A stretch of DNA of 39,416 bases from Candidatus Shapirobacteria bacterium. GTDB taxonomy: Bacteria; Patescibacteriota; Microgenomatia; UBA12405. Below the pieces are notes generated by a model, which saw only the letters and a list, made by a program, of their open reading frames with translations, was not told where the DNA came from and searched no databases. The position numbers and the translations under genes were made by a program. The first letter of the stretch is position 1; each line of letters opens with the position of its first letter. Location of the stretch: the NCBI GenBank assembly GCA_026395315.1, contig JAPLYY010000069.1:1-39416 (forward strand). The letters are read 5' to 3'. Below are positions 24,606 through 32,050 of this stretch, piece by piece.

Positions 24606-26069
24606 TTATTTATTTATTTTCATAATTTTTAAGGCTCCCCTGTCAAGGGGAGCTCCCGCCTTAGCGGGTGAGGGGTTTGATTTTGCGCTAACTAAAAACC
24701 CCTCTAGATCTTTTCTCCCTAACAAAAATTTCGTTCTCAATTTATCTCTATCCGCCACATTCACCGCCGTCATCACCCTTCTTCCTTTTAGCCAGAAACT
24801 GACCCCGATTACCGGTCTGTCTTTGTGCTTACCCAAACTCGACCGATAATGCCGATAATACAATACTCTATTTTCTCCCAACAGACCCAATTTCTCTGCT
24901 AAGACTCTGTCAATCGAGCTTCGATACGCTCCGGTATCAATTTTGGCCCTCACCTCCACCACTCGGTGTTTACCTTGCTTGATAATCGGGCTTTTCTGCA
25001 AATCAGGCTTAAATCCTTTGGGAATTTTCATTCTGATTATTTCAATCGGTTGGACTGTTTTATTTTTTTCCTTCTCTTCTACCTTCTCAAAAAACTTTTC
25101 CCCGAATAAATATTTCGCCACTGAAATGGCATGATCCGCACTTCTCACCTCAATATCCTCCACCTTATCCATTCGTGTCTTTAGCCCTGCTTTATTACAA
25201 ATCTGAATTGACAATCCCGGTCTGGCGTTCACTTCCAACACCAGCGGCCCTTTTTCCTTGTCCAACACTACATCCACTCCCAAAAACCCCAACCCGGAAA
25301 CTGCTTTTTGACAATTAATTGCTGTTTCCATTATTTCCCGCCACATTGGAATTTTTATTCCGTTCACCTTAATTGGTTTCTTTCTCCCAAAATCATAAAT
25401 TCGCTTCACCTCTTCATCTTTTCCTTCGATTCCAAAAGTTGTTATCCCTGTTGCCAAGTCAATTCCTAAACCATAGGCTCCCTGTTGTAGATTAGCTTTA
25501 CCGCCGCTTTTCTCTGTCGGAATCCTTAGCATGGCCATCACCGGAATTTTATTAAATACAATTACCCGAATATCCGGCGTCCCCGAATGGGTATAACTAA
25601 AGAACATCGGGTGAATCTTAATTCTTTCCTCCACGATTACCGCATCCAGCATCCCGTGCAGACTATACTTTCCTGCCAAAATCTCCTGACAATGTCTTTT
25701 TAAGTCATCTAAACTAATTGTCTTCCCGTTCATCATTTGCCACCCCTCTGCCCTGTCAAGGGAAGGGTTGGGGAAGGGTTTTGTCTTTTTTCTTATTATT
25801 AGTATCCCTTCTCCCCCATATCCTGTCACCGGCTTCACCACAAAATTCCCTTCTAGTCCATTCCAATTAAAATTTTCCACCCCGTTAACTGTTTTAAACC
25901 GTTCAATCAGCTTTGGTACTCCTATCCCCGCCTTCCCTAAAATTCTTTTTGTCTTATATTTACTATCGGCTATAGCTCTCCCCTCAACATTGTTTTTCCT
26001 TAAATACTCCCGGTTTCTCTGGTTCTTCGTCAAAAACTGCCGGTATTGTTTTAAATTTATTCCGAACAT
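24606..26069 (-). CDS. ATP-grasp (alpha-L-glutamate-ligase-like) protein fused to a C-terminal retropepsin-like (DUF785/RimB-type) domain.
   Basis: ATP-grasp motifs are NFVVKPVTGYGGEGILII and FLGVDVVLDKEKGPLVLEVNARPGLS. The C-terminal domain has AKIDTGAYRSSID (D-T-G-A). The start was moved to the ATG at 26069, because the longer ORF begins inside a repeat and overlaps the upstream gene. Confidence 0.8.
   Translation of the reverse strand: MFGINLKQYRQFLTKNQRNREYLRKNNVEGRAIADSKYKTKRILGKAGIGVPKLIERFKTVNGVENFNWNGLEGNFVVKPVTGYGGEGILIIRKKTKPFPNPSLDRAEGWQMMNGKTISLDDLKRHCQEILAGKYSLHGMLDAVIVEERIKIHPMFFSYTHSGTPDIRVIVFNKIPVMAMLRIPTEKSGGKANLQQGAYGLGIDLATGITTFGIEGKDEEVKRIYDFGRKKPIKVNGIKIPMWREIMETAINCQKAVSGLGFLGVDVVLDKEKGPLVLEVNARPGLSIQICNKAGLKTRMDKVEDIEVRSADHAISVAKYLFGEKFFEKVEEKEKNKTVQPIEIIRMKIPKGFKPDLQKSPIIKQGKHRVVEVRAKIDTGAYRSSIDRVLAEKLGLLGENRVLYYRHYRSSLGKHKDRPVIGVSFWLKGRRVMTAVNVADRDKLRTKFLLGRKDLEGFLVSAKSNPSPAKAGAPLDRGALKIMKINK
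24633..24678 (+). repeat. Family A element at the 3' end of the ATP-grasp/retropepsin CDS.
   Basis: Sequence ggctcccctgtcaaggggagct-CCCGCcttaGCGGG-tgaggggttt. It is read as NPSPAKAGAPLDRGAL, 8 codons before the stop. Confidence 0.9.
25745..25782 (+). repeat. Family A element, G-tract-tail subtype, inside the ATP-grasp/retropepsin CDS.
   Basis: Sequence cctctgccctgtcaagggaagggttggggaagggtttt. It is read as KPFPNPSLDRAEG. Confidence 0.9.
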
Positions 26070-26086
26070 AATTGTATTTTCATTAT

Positions 26087-26126
26087 GGCCCTCCCTGTCA
26101 AGGGAGGGGTCTTGGGGGTGGGTTTT
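26087..26126 (+). repeat. Family A element, G-tract-tail subtype.
   Basis: Sequence ggCCCTCCCTgtcaAGGGAGGGgtcttgggggtgggtttt. It overlaps the stop of 26125..26958 by 2 nt. Confidence 0.85.
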
Positions 26127-26958
26127 AACCTTTTTTCCGTATCGCCTTTGCAAATCTTTTTATCTCCACTAATCTAATCCCCGTATAACTTCCCACCAGC
26201 AGATTAACTACTAGTACTACTATTAATGTCAATTCCGGCTGCCCGATCACCCACTCCTGTACTTCCCTTACTCCCATCAACAACGCTCCTGCCACTGCTA
26301 AAACCAAAGTTCCTAAAGTTAAAGAAAATGCCTCTTTTCTACTTTTAGCCAATTGGGTTCTGGAAAACTCTTCTACTAATAGGACCATAAATAACACCGG
26401 AAAAATCGATATCTTACTCAGATCGAACAATTCAAGATAGGACGTCCCGATCATTAATCCGAAAGTCCCTACTGAAATAAACAATAAATTAATCGATCTT
26501 GCCGGCCAAAAATGTAATTTGAATCTTTTTAGCAGGTAATTGCTCACAATCGACACTATCAAAACGGTGGCAAACAATAGTACTCCCCCCAATATCCCCG
26601 TCGCCAAAAACACCACCGCAATCATTGTCGGAATAAATATGCCGTAACCCGACAATCCCACCATATAATGTAATACCGACACAATCGTGGCCACCAACGG
26701 CAACATTAACAACAATACAATTGTATTCGACGCTACTCCCCGATCAATTCCGATCCGTATCAATTTTTGAATCGAATTAAATCCGTTCCATTTCATCGTT
26801 TCCGCTTCCATTAAATTATTACTCTTTGTCAATAATGTCGGCGTAACCACGTTTGACGTGGTCGGTGTCACCACTATCTGTTTCACCGCTATCACGTCAA
26901 TTTTTGCCCAAACTAACCACCCCAAACACACCAATATTAAAATTATATATTTTTTCAT
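26125..26958 (-). CDS. 7-TM membrane protein of the type associated with ATP-grasp/retropepsin clusters (7TM_transglut-like).
   Basis: 277 aa with a signal/anchor and about 7 helices. GIFIPTMIA, LLVEEFSRT and the terminal GSYTGIRLVEIKRF resemble that family from memory. Confidence 0.65.
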   Translation of the reverse strand: MKKYIILILVCLGWLVWAKIDVIAVKQIVVTPTTSNVVTPTLLTKSNNLMEAETMKWNGFNSIQKLIRIGIDRGVASNTIVLLLMLPLVATIVSVLHYMVGLSGYGIFIPTMIAVVFLATGILGGVLLFATVLIVSIVSNYLLKRFKLHFWPARSINLLFISVGTFGLMIGTSYLELFDLSKISIFPVLFMVLLVEEFSRTQLAKSRKEAFSLTLGTLVLAVAGALLMGVREVQEWVIGQPELTLIVVLVVNLLVGSYTGIRLVEIKRFAKAIRKKG

Positions 26959-27041
26959 TGAATTGTGGCGTATTATAACACTCCTTTTGCCTTTCTTTCC
27001 CCTTGTTTAATTTTTTACTCACATTTAGTATACTTCCTTTA

Positions 27042-27377
27042 ATGAATCGTCTCCTAGCTGATGTTATTATTGGCAATACTCCAATTAATGGTAATGAAAC
27101 TCTTGCCCAAACTTACCCCAATATTGGTACTCTCGTTGGTGTTATCCTCAAAAACTCTCTGGTCATCATTGGCATCATTTTACTTGGCCTTTTGATTTAT
27201 GGCGGTCTTCTCTTTATAATCAATGCAGGCAGTAGTGACAGCAAAAAATTAGCCCAGGCTCAAACTATCTTGACTGACGCCGTCATTGGCTTTGTTGTTG
27301 TTCTCCTTGCCTTCATCGTTATTCAAATTATTCAAACAATTACCGGCTTAAATATTCTTAATAACACCACTTTATAA
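27042..27377 (+). CDS. VirB2/TrbC-like type IV secretion pilin paralog 1.
   Basis: Two hydrophobic helices flank AGSSDSKKLAQAQTILTDAVIG. ATG 27042 was preferred over TTG 27003, which coincides with a -35-like TTGTTT. Confidence 0.7.
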   Translation: MNRLLADVIIGNTPINGNETLAQTYPNIGTLVGVILKNSLVIIGIILLGLLIYGGLLFIINAGSSDSKKLAQAQTILTDAVIGFVVVLLAFIVIQIIQTITGLNILNNTTL

Positions 27378-27379
27378 TT

Positions 27380-27709
27380 ATGTTTGCTGGCATCTTCGGA
27401 GACATCACCAACCCCACCCAATACACCGGTACCAACGGTGAGGGTCTTTTTAAATTTATCAGTCAAATATTTCAACTCACCGGCATTGTCGCCGGCATTT
27501 ATTTTGCCGTAAATCTCATTTTAGCCGGTTACATGTACTTGTCTGCCAACGGCGATATTAAAAAAACCGAACAAGCTTGGAATAAAATCTGGCAAAGCAT
27601 TTTAGGGATGGTCATTGTTGCCTCCGCTTTCGTTCTGGCTTCCGTTATTGGCAATCTTCTCGGTATCGACATTATCCATCCCGTCATTAAAGGACCAAAT
27701 GACCTATAA
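27380..27709 (+). CDS. T4SS pilin paralog 2.
   Basis: ITNPTQY N-terminus and two TM helices flanking SANGDIKKTEQAWNKIWQSILG. Confidence 0.75.
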   Translation: MFAGIFGDITNPTQYTGTNGEGLFKFISQIFQLTGIVAGIYFAVNLILAGYMYLSANGDIKKTEQAWNKIWQSILGMVIVASAFVLASVIGNLLGIDIIHPVIKGPNDL

Positions 27710-28058
27710 CCTACTAGCTGTCGTCTACCCTCCTCTCATCGGCCCGGGCATCCAGCCCACCGCCAACCCCGTCGGTGTTCTCGAAACCATTATCAGCACC
27801 ATTGTCGGTGTTTTAACTATTGTCGCCGTCATTTTCTTTGCTATCCAGATTATCTTTGCCGGTTACTCTTTCATCAGTTCTGAAGGTGATGCCAAAAAGA
27901 TGGAAGAAGCTCGTAAAAAACTTACCGAAGGCGTTTTGGGAGTCTTTATTGTTGTCATTGCTCTCGGTGCCGCTGCCCTCATTGGCCGTCTCACCGGTCT
28001 CGGTGGCAATGTCCTCGATCTCCAATCTTTATTAAGTAAACTAAAAATTCAACCATGA
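27699..28058 (+). CDS. T4SS pilin paralog 3.
   Basis: An internal ATG was chosen (11-nt overlap with paralog 2). Two TM helices flank SSEGDAKKMEEARKKLTEGVLG. Confidence 0.7.
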   Translation: MTYNLLAVVYPPLIGPGIQPTANPVGVLETIISTIVGVLTIVAVIFFAIQIIFAGYSFISSEGDAKKMEEARKKLTEGVLGVFIVVIALGAAALIGRLTGLGGNVLDLQSLLSKLKIQP

Positions 28059-28402
28059 AATCTTTCATCCAGCCAGTCTACGCCGCTATTACCAACCCCG
28101 CTCTTACCAATCCTTCCGCCCAATCATCTCCCAACTATGTTAATACCGTCCTTCAAAATGTCTTTAGCCTTTTTATGGTGTTAGGTGTCATTTATTTTAT
28201 TTGGCACTTTGTTTTTGCCGGTTATCACTATATGGGTGCTCAAGGTGATTCCAAAAAAATCGAAATCGCTCAAACTGAGCTTACCAATGCCATGATTGGT
28301 CTTGGCGTTGTCTTCGTCGTCTTTGCCATTCTTAAACTTATCGGCACTGTCGCCGGTATCAAAGGTCTTGACACTCTTCAATTTACTTTACCTTCTTTAT
28401 AA
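28055..28402 (+). CDS. T4SS pilin paralog 4.
   Basis: ATGA start/stop overlap with paralog 3. Signal-like MKSFIQPVYA, then ITNPALTNP and GAQGDSKKIEIAQTELTNAMIG. Confidence 0.8.
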   Translation: MKSFIQPVYAAITNPALTNPSAQSSPNYVNTVLQNVFSLFMVLGVIYFIWHFVFAGYHYMGAQGDSKKIEIAQTELTNAMIGLGVVFVVFAILKLIGTVAGIKGLDTLQFTLPSL

Positions 28403-28448
28403 AACACGCTATAATTCACTAATAAATTATTATTTAACCTAATACTCA

Positions 28449-28805
28449 ATGAAAAACCTCCTTTCCAACTTGGTTGGCCCCGTTTATGCTCAAAACATCA
28501 ATCTTACCCCTCAGGGTAATTTTAGTAACCTTGGCAACCTTACCATCCCCGGTATCATTTCCGGTGCCATTTCCCTGATCATGCTGGTTGTTGCTTTAGT
28601 CTTCTTTTTTATCCTCATCTTGGGTGGTCTTCGCTGGATTACTTCTGAAGGTGATGAAAAAGCTGTTGGTGCCGCCCGCAATCAAATTACCAACGGTTTA
28701 ATTGGTTTAGCCATCGTCTTTGCCGCTTTCGCTATCATGAAGCTCATTGGCACCGTCTTTGGTGTTGATATTCTTGGTGGACTTGTCATTCCCACCTTCA
28801 AATAA
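28449..28805 (+). CDS. T4SS pilin paralog 5.
   Basis: Signal-like MKNLLSNLVGPVYA and two TM helices flanking TSEGDEKAVGAARNQITNGLIG. Confidence 0.8.
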   Translation: MKNLLSNLVGPVYAQNINLTPQGNFSNLGNLTIPGIISGAISLIMLVVALVFFFILILGGLRWITSEGDEKAVGAARNQITNGLIGLAIVFAAFAIMKLIGTVFGVDILGGLVIPTFK

Positions 28806-28825
28806 TTCTTTTTTATCTCTTCGTT

Positions 28826-28856
28826 GGGGCGGACCGATGTGTCCGCCCTTTTCGTT
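28826..28856 (+). terminator. Family C hairpin acting as a possible intrinsic terminator or attenuator inside the pilin operon.
   Basis: Sequence gGGGCGGACcgatgtGTCCGCCCttttcgtt. Confidence 0.5.
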
Positions 28857-28874
28857 TATATAGTATAATCTGTC

Positions 28875-29276
28875 ATGCGCGCCCTTCGTAATTTCTTTTC
28901 TTTTTTATTCATACTTCTTACTTCATATTTCATAAATCCCCTTGTCGTTCACGCTCAAACCGATTGGGCTGCCCAAAATTCCAAATGTGTCGCCAACGGT
29001 GACGTTGCTACCATCCAAGGCATCGAATGTTTATTTTTTAATGTTCTCCAAGTTATAGTCCTATTAGCTGGCCTGGCTTTCTTCTTTATGTTTATTTCCG
29101 GTGGTTTTCAATATCTTCTTAGTCAGGGTGATTCCAAAAAAGTCGCCGCCTCCGGCTCCACCCTTACCATGGCTTTTATGGGCCTGATTGGCGTTATTGG
29201 TTCCTGGTTGATCCTTCGTCTCATTGAAAATTTCACCGGCCTCACTCTCACCCATTTTATAATCCCCTCAAATTAA
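28875..29276 (+). CDS. T4SS pilin paralog 6 (longer, with 2 Cys).
   Basis: Signal peptide ending VHA and two TM helices flanking LSQGDSKKVAASGSTLTMAFMG. TATAAT lies 5 nt upstream of the ATG. Confidence 0.75.
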   Translation: MRALRNFFSFLFILLTSYFINPLVVHAQTDWAAQNSKCVANGDVATIQGIECLFFNVLQVIVLLAGLAFFFMFISGGFQYLLSQGDSKKVAASGSTLTMAFMGLIGVIGSWLILRLIENFTGLTLTHFIIPSN

Positions 29277-29278
29277 TC

Positions 29279-30526
29279 ATGTCTCTTCGTCCTATTTTTA
29301 TTTTTTGTTTTATTCTTACTTCATATTTCATAAATCATATTTCTGTTTTTGCTGCCGCTGTTCCTCCGGTTATTCCCGATTCAATCAATCCCGACCAGCT
29401 TTTCACCGGTTCCTTTGATCCCCAATACCCCAACAAAGATTTTATTCCTAATAACCCTTCCGGTGTCACCTGTGAATACCAAGTCACCGCCGAACAGGAC
29501 GTTGGTGGGAGTTCTTCGGGTACTATTACTATTAATAAAGATCTTTCCAACCAAAAAACCGACTTTGACAACCGTCTTTTGGGTAAAAATCTCTACGACC
29601 TTACTCCCTGCGATCCCGGTGCCGGTGACTATAACGATTGTCTGTCCCAACGCAATAATTCCATGAATACCGACAATCTTTACGGTGCCGCTAGTCCAGT
29701 CCAGCGCCAACTTCCCCAAGCCGATAAAAATAAACTTCTTTGTTCCCGCTGGCATTCCGGCATCCTTAGTGGTCGTCATGTTGCTGACACCGATGAGCGT
29801 GTTGGCTGTTACTGTGGTGGCGACAGTAGCTCTATCCCTTCCGGTGCCTGTCCTGCCAATTGTCGCGAAGTTTATTTTTCCGAATTAGCTTTGTTTAACA
29901 CTAGTTTTTGTGATCTCCCTGCCGATATTGCTGCTTACTACAATTGCGGTTCAGGCAATTGTCCTTTTTTCAAAAGAGAACCCAAAGCCAAAAATCTTCC
30001 CCAGATTTCTTCTGTCGTCGCTTCCCAACTTATGAAAAATGTTTCCATCGTTCCCAAGGGCTCAGTTGCTACTTCCATTACCCAAACAGATAAAAATAAA
30101 ACCAGCCTTGGTGTTCTCCCTTTTCTTATGGCCCCTTCCTCCAACCAAAGCGATACCGCTATCAAAACTGTCTTTCCTGCTTCGGCTCAACCTAAAAACG
30201 ACAATCCCTCTTGTTCTCCAGTCTCCAAACCCTCCGGCCCTGATGAATACAAATTCGATTTAATTGCCGAAATTCTCGCTCTTGTTACTGGTAATAAAGC
30301 CAGCGGTGATGCTCCCATTAAACAAGAGTTCTCATCTGGCACTATCCAGGGTCTCAATTCCGCCTCGTCCCTCAATACTCTTGTCCCCCAGTCCCAGCTC
30401 GATCTTAGTCCTCCCACCAAAACCGAATATTCGGTCACTGGAGATAAAAACGATACTATTTTAAATCCCTCTACCAACGTCAATCAGTTTCGCTTAAATT
30501 TAACTCCGGCCTCCTGGCAGCAGTAA
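29279..30526 (+). CDS. Secreted Cys-rich protein (415 aa), function unknown.
   Basis: The signal peptide shares a 24-nt identical coding stretch with the previous gene. About 15 Cys are clustered at aa 65-230, and the C-terminal half is Ser/Pro/Asn-rich. Confidence 0.7.
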   Translation: MSLRPIFIFCFILTSYFINHISVFAAAVPPVIPDSINPDQLFTGSFDPQYPNKDFIPNNPSGVTCEYQVTAEQDVGGSSSGTITINKDLSNQKTDFDNRLLGKNLYDLTPCDPGAGDYNDCLSQRNNSMNTDNLYGAASPVQRQLPQADKNKLLCSRWHSGILSGRHVADTDERVGCYCGGDSSSIPSGACPANCREVYFSELALFNTSFCDLPADIAAYYNCGSGNCPFFKREPKAKNLPQISSVVASQLMKNVSIVPKGSVATSITQTDKNKTSLGVLPFLMAPSSNQSDTAIKTVFPASAQPKNDNPSCSPVSKPSGPDEYKFDLIAEILALVTGNKASGDAPIKQEFSSGTIQGLNSASSLNTLVPQSQLDLSPPTKTEYSVTGDKNDTILNPSTNVNQFRLNLTPASWQQ

Positions 30527-30547
30527 TTAATATGTTAAAATCTCTTG

Positions 30548-32026
30548 ATGCTTAAGTGGTTAAAAATCAATCCTAAATTCTTTTTTTATGGCCTTCTGGT
30601 TCTGACTTGTCTTTTTACTTTTTCCATTTTTGCGGATGAAGTTCCTCTCTTAAAACAAAAACAGGATGCCATTTCTCAAGGCGGCAATCAAGAAGCCTGG
30701 CTTAACGAAGCCCTTAAAAGTAATGTCGTCTCTGGATTAAACAGTCTTGTCGGTCAAATTCCAGATAATATTATTAATGGCCAGGCCCCTCCGGCTTCAT
30801 GGATCCCAGGTGGAGCTATTGGTGTAGCCACTCGAGCCGTTGCTATGGCTTTCACACCACCCGCATCCGGTATTCAATATGTTGCTCAAACTTGGGACAA
30901 CTTTTTAGGTAAACCGGCTTATGCCCAAACCAATACTGGTTTTGCTGGCTTACAACCAATCTTACCTATTTGGCGCGGTTTTCGTAACGTTGTTTATATT
31001 TTAGCTTCCCTGGTTTTTATTATTATCGGTATCATGATCATGCTTCGGGTCAAAATTTCTCCTCAAGCTGTCATTACTGTCCAAAATGCCATTCCTCAAT
31101 TAATTACCGCTTTAGTTCTGGTTACCTTCTCCTATGCCATCGCTGGACTATTAATCGACTTAATGAACTTTGTTCAGGGAGCAATGCTCTCAATTCTTTT
31201 TACTGCTAATGGTAAGGCTCTAACTGCCGACCTCCTGTCACCCAATCTGCTATCCCGATCAGATTATTCCACTTTAAATAATCTTAATTTAATAACTACT
31301 TTAACCACTGCTACTAAAAACATCCCCCTCTATGCTGTCACTGCTATCGGTGCAATTATTGGCGGTGTTCTTGGATTTTTTGCTTTTGCAGTCCCAGTTG
31401 TTGGAGAGCTTTCAATTCTGGGTGGAATTGGCCTTGGAGCTGCATTATTTACTCTCGTGGTCGCCATTCTTCTTTTCATCAATATCCTCAAATTTTTCTT
31501 CGGCTTGATCAAAGTATATATCAATGTTATCTTAAAAATTGTTCTCGCCCCGTTAGAAATTGGTCTTGGAGTCTTTCCGGGGTCCAAAGCCAACTTTTCC
31601 TCATGGCTTCTAGAACTTGTCGGTAATCTGGCAGTATTTCCCGTTTCTATATTCTTTATTGTCCTTATAAATTACATCGCTGAATTAAGTGGTGGTGGCA
31701 CTCTCTGGGCACCAGGTATGATTAATGCTGGTAATTTTATTGGATTTATCATTGCTTTTGGCGGCTTTTTAATTCTTCCCAAAATTCCCGAAATGATCCC
31801 CCAGGTCTTCTTCAATCTCAAACCATCACCTTGGGGCACAGCCGCTACTGAAGCCTTCGGTCAAATGTACAAACCTATCGGAAGCGCTGCTAATCAAAAA
31901 GTACACAATTTAGCTGGAAAAGCATTTGCTTCCAATGTAGCGACGGGCGGCGCACAAACAACAAACAGTAATGCTGGAAAGTTCATGGCAGATGTCATGG
32001 AACTACTGGGAATGGCCAGGCACTAA
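30548..32026 (+). CDS. Polytopic membrane protein, possibly VirB6/TrbL-like.
   Basis: About 492 aa with a signal/anchor and at least 6 long hydrophobic helices. It lies directly downstream of the pilin array. The functional call rests on context only. Confidence 0.55.
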   Translation: MLKWLKINPKFFFYGLLVLTCLFTFSIFADEVPLLKQKQDAISQGGNQEAWLNEALKSNVVSGLNSLVGQIPDNIINGQAPPASWIPGGAIGVATRAVAMAFTPPASGIQYVAQTWDNFLGKPAYAQTNTGFAGLQPILPIWRGFRNVVYILASLVFIIIGIMIMLRVKISPQAVITVQNAIPQLITALVLVTFSYAIAGLLIDLMNFVQGAMLSILFTANGKALTADLLSPNLLSRSDYSTLNNLNLITTLTTATKNIPLYAVTAIGAIIGGVLGFFAFAVPVVGELSILGGIGLGAALFTLVVAILLFINILKFFFGLIKVYINVILKIVLAPLEIGLGVFPGSKANFSSWLLELVGNLAVFPVSIFFIVLINYIAELSGGGTLWAPGMINAGNFIGFIIAFGGFLILPKIPEMIPQVFFNLKPSPWGTAATEAFGQMYKPIGSAANQKVHNLAGKAFASNVATGGAQTTNSNAGKFMADVMELLGMARH

Positions 32027-32050
32027 ACCAACAGATTCCCCACCTTAGTT

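Noticed and set aside
24606-26153. N-terminal 28 codons of the 515-aa ORF (start at 26153), and the GTG-start extension of 34219..35940.
   Set aside because: Both extensions are encoded by repeat elements. The first also overlaps the upstream gene. Internal ATGs at 26069 and 34267 were preferred.
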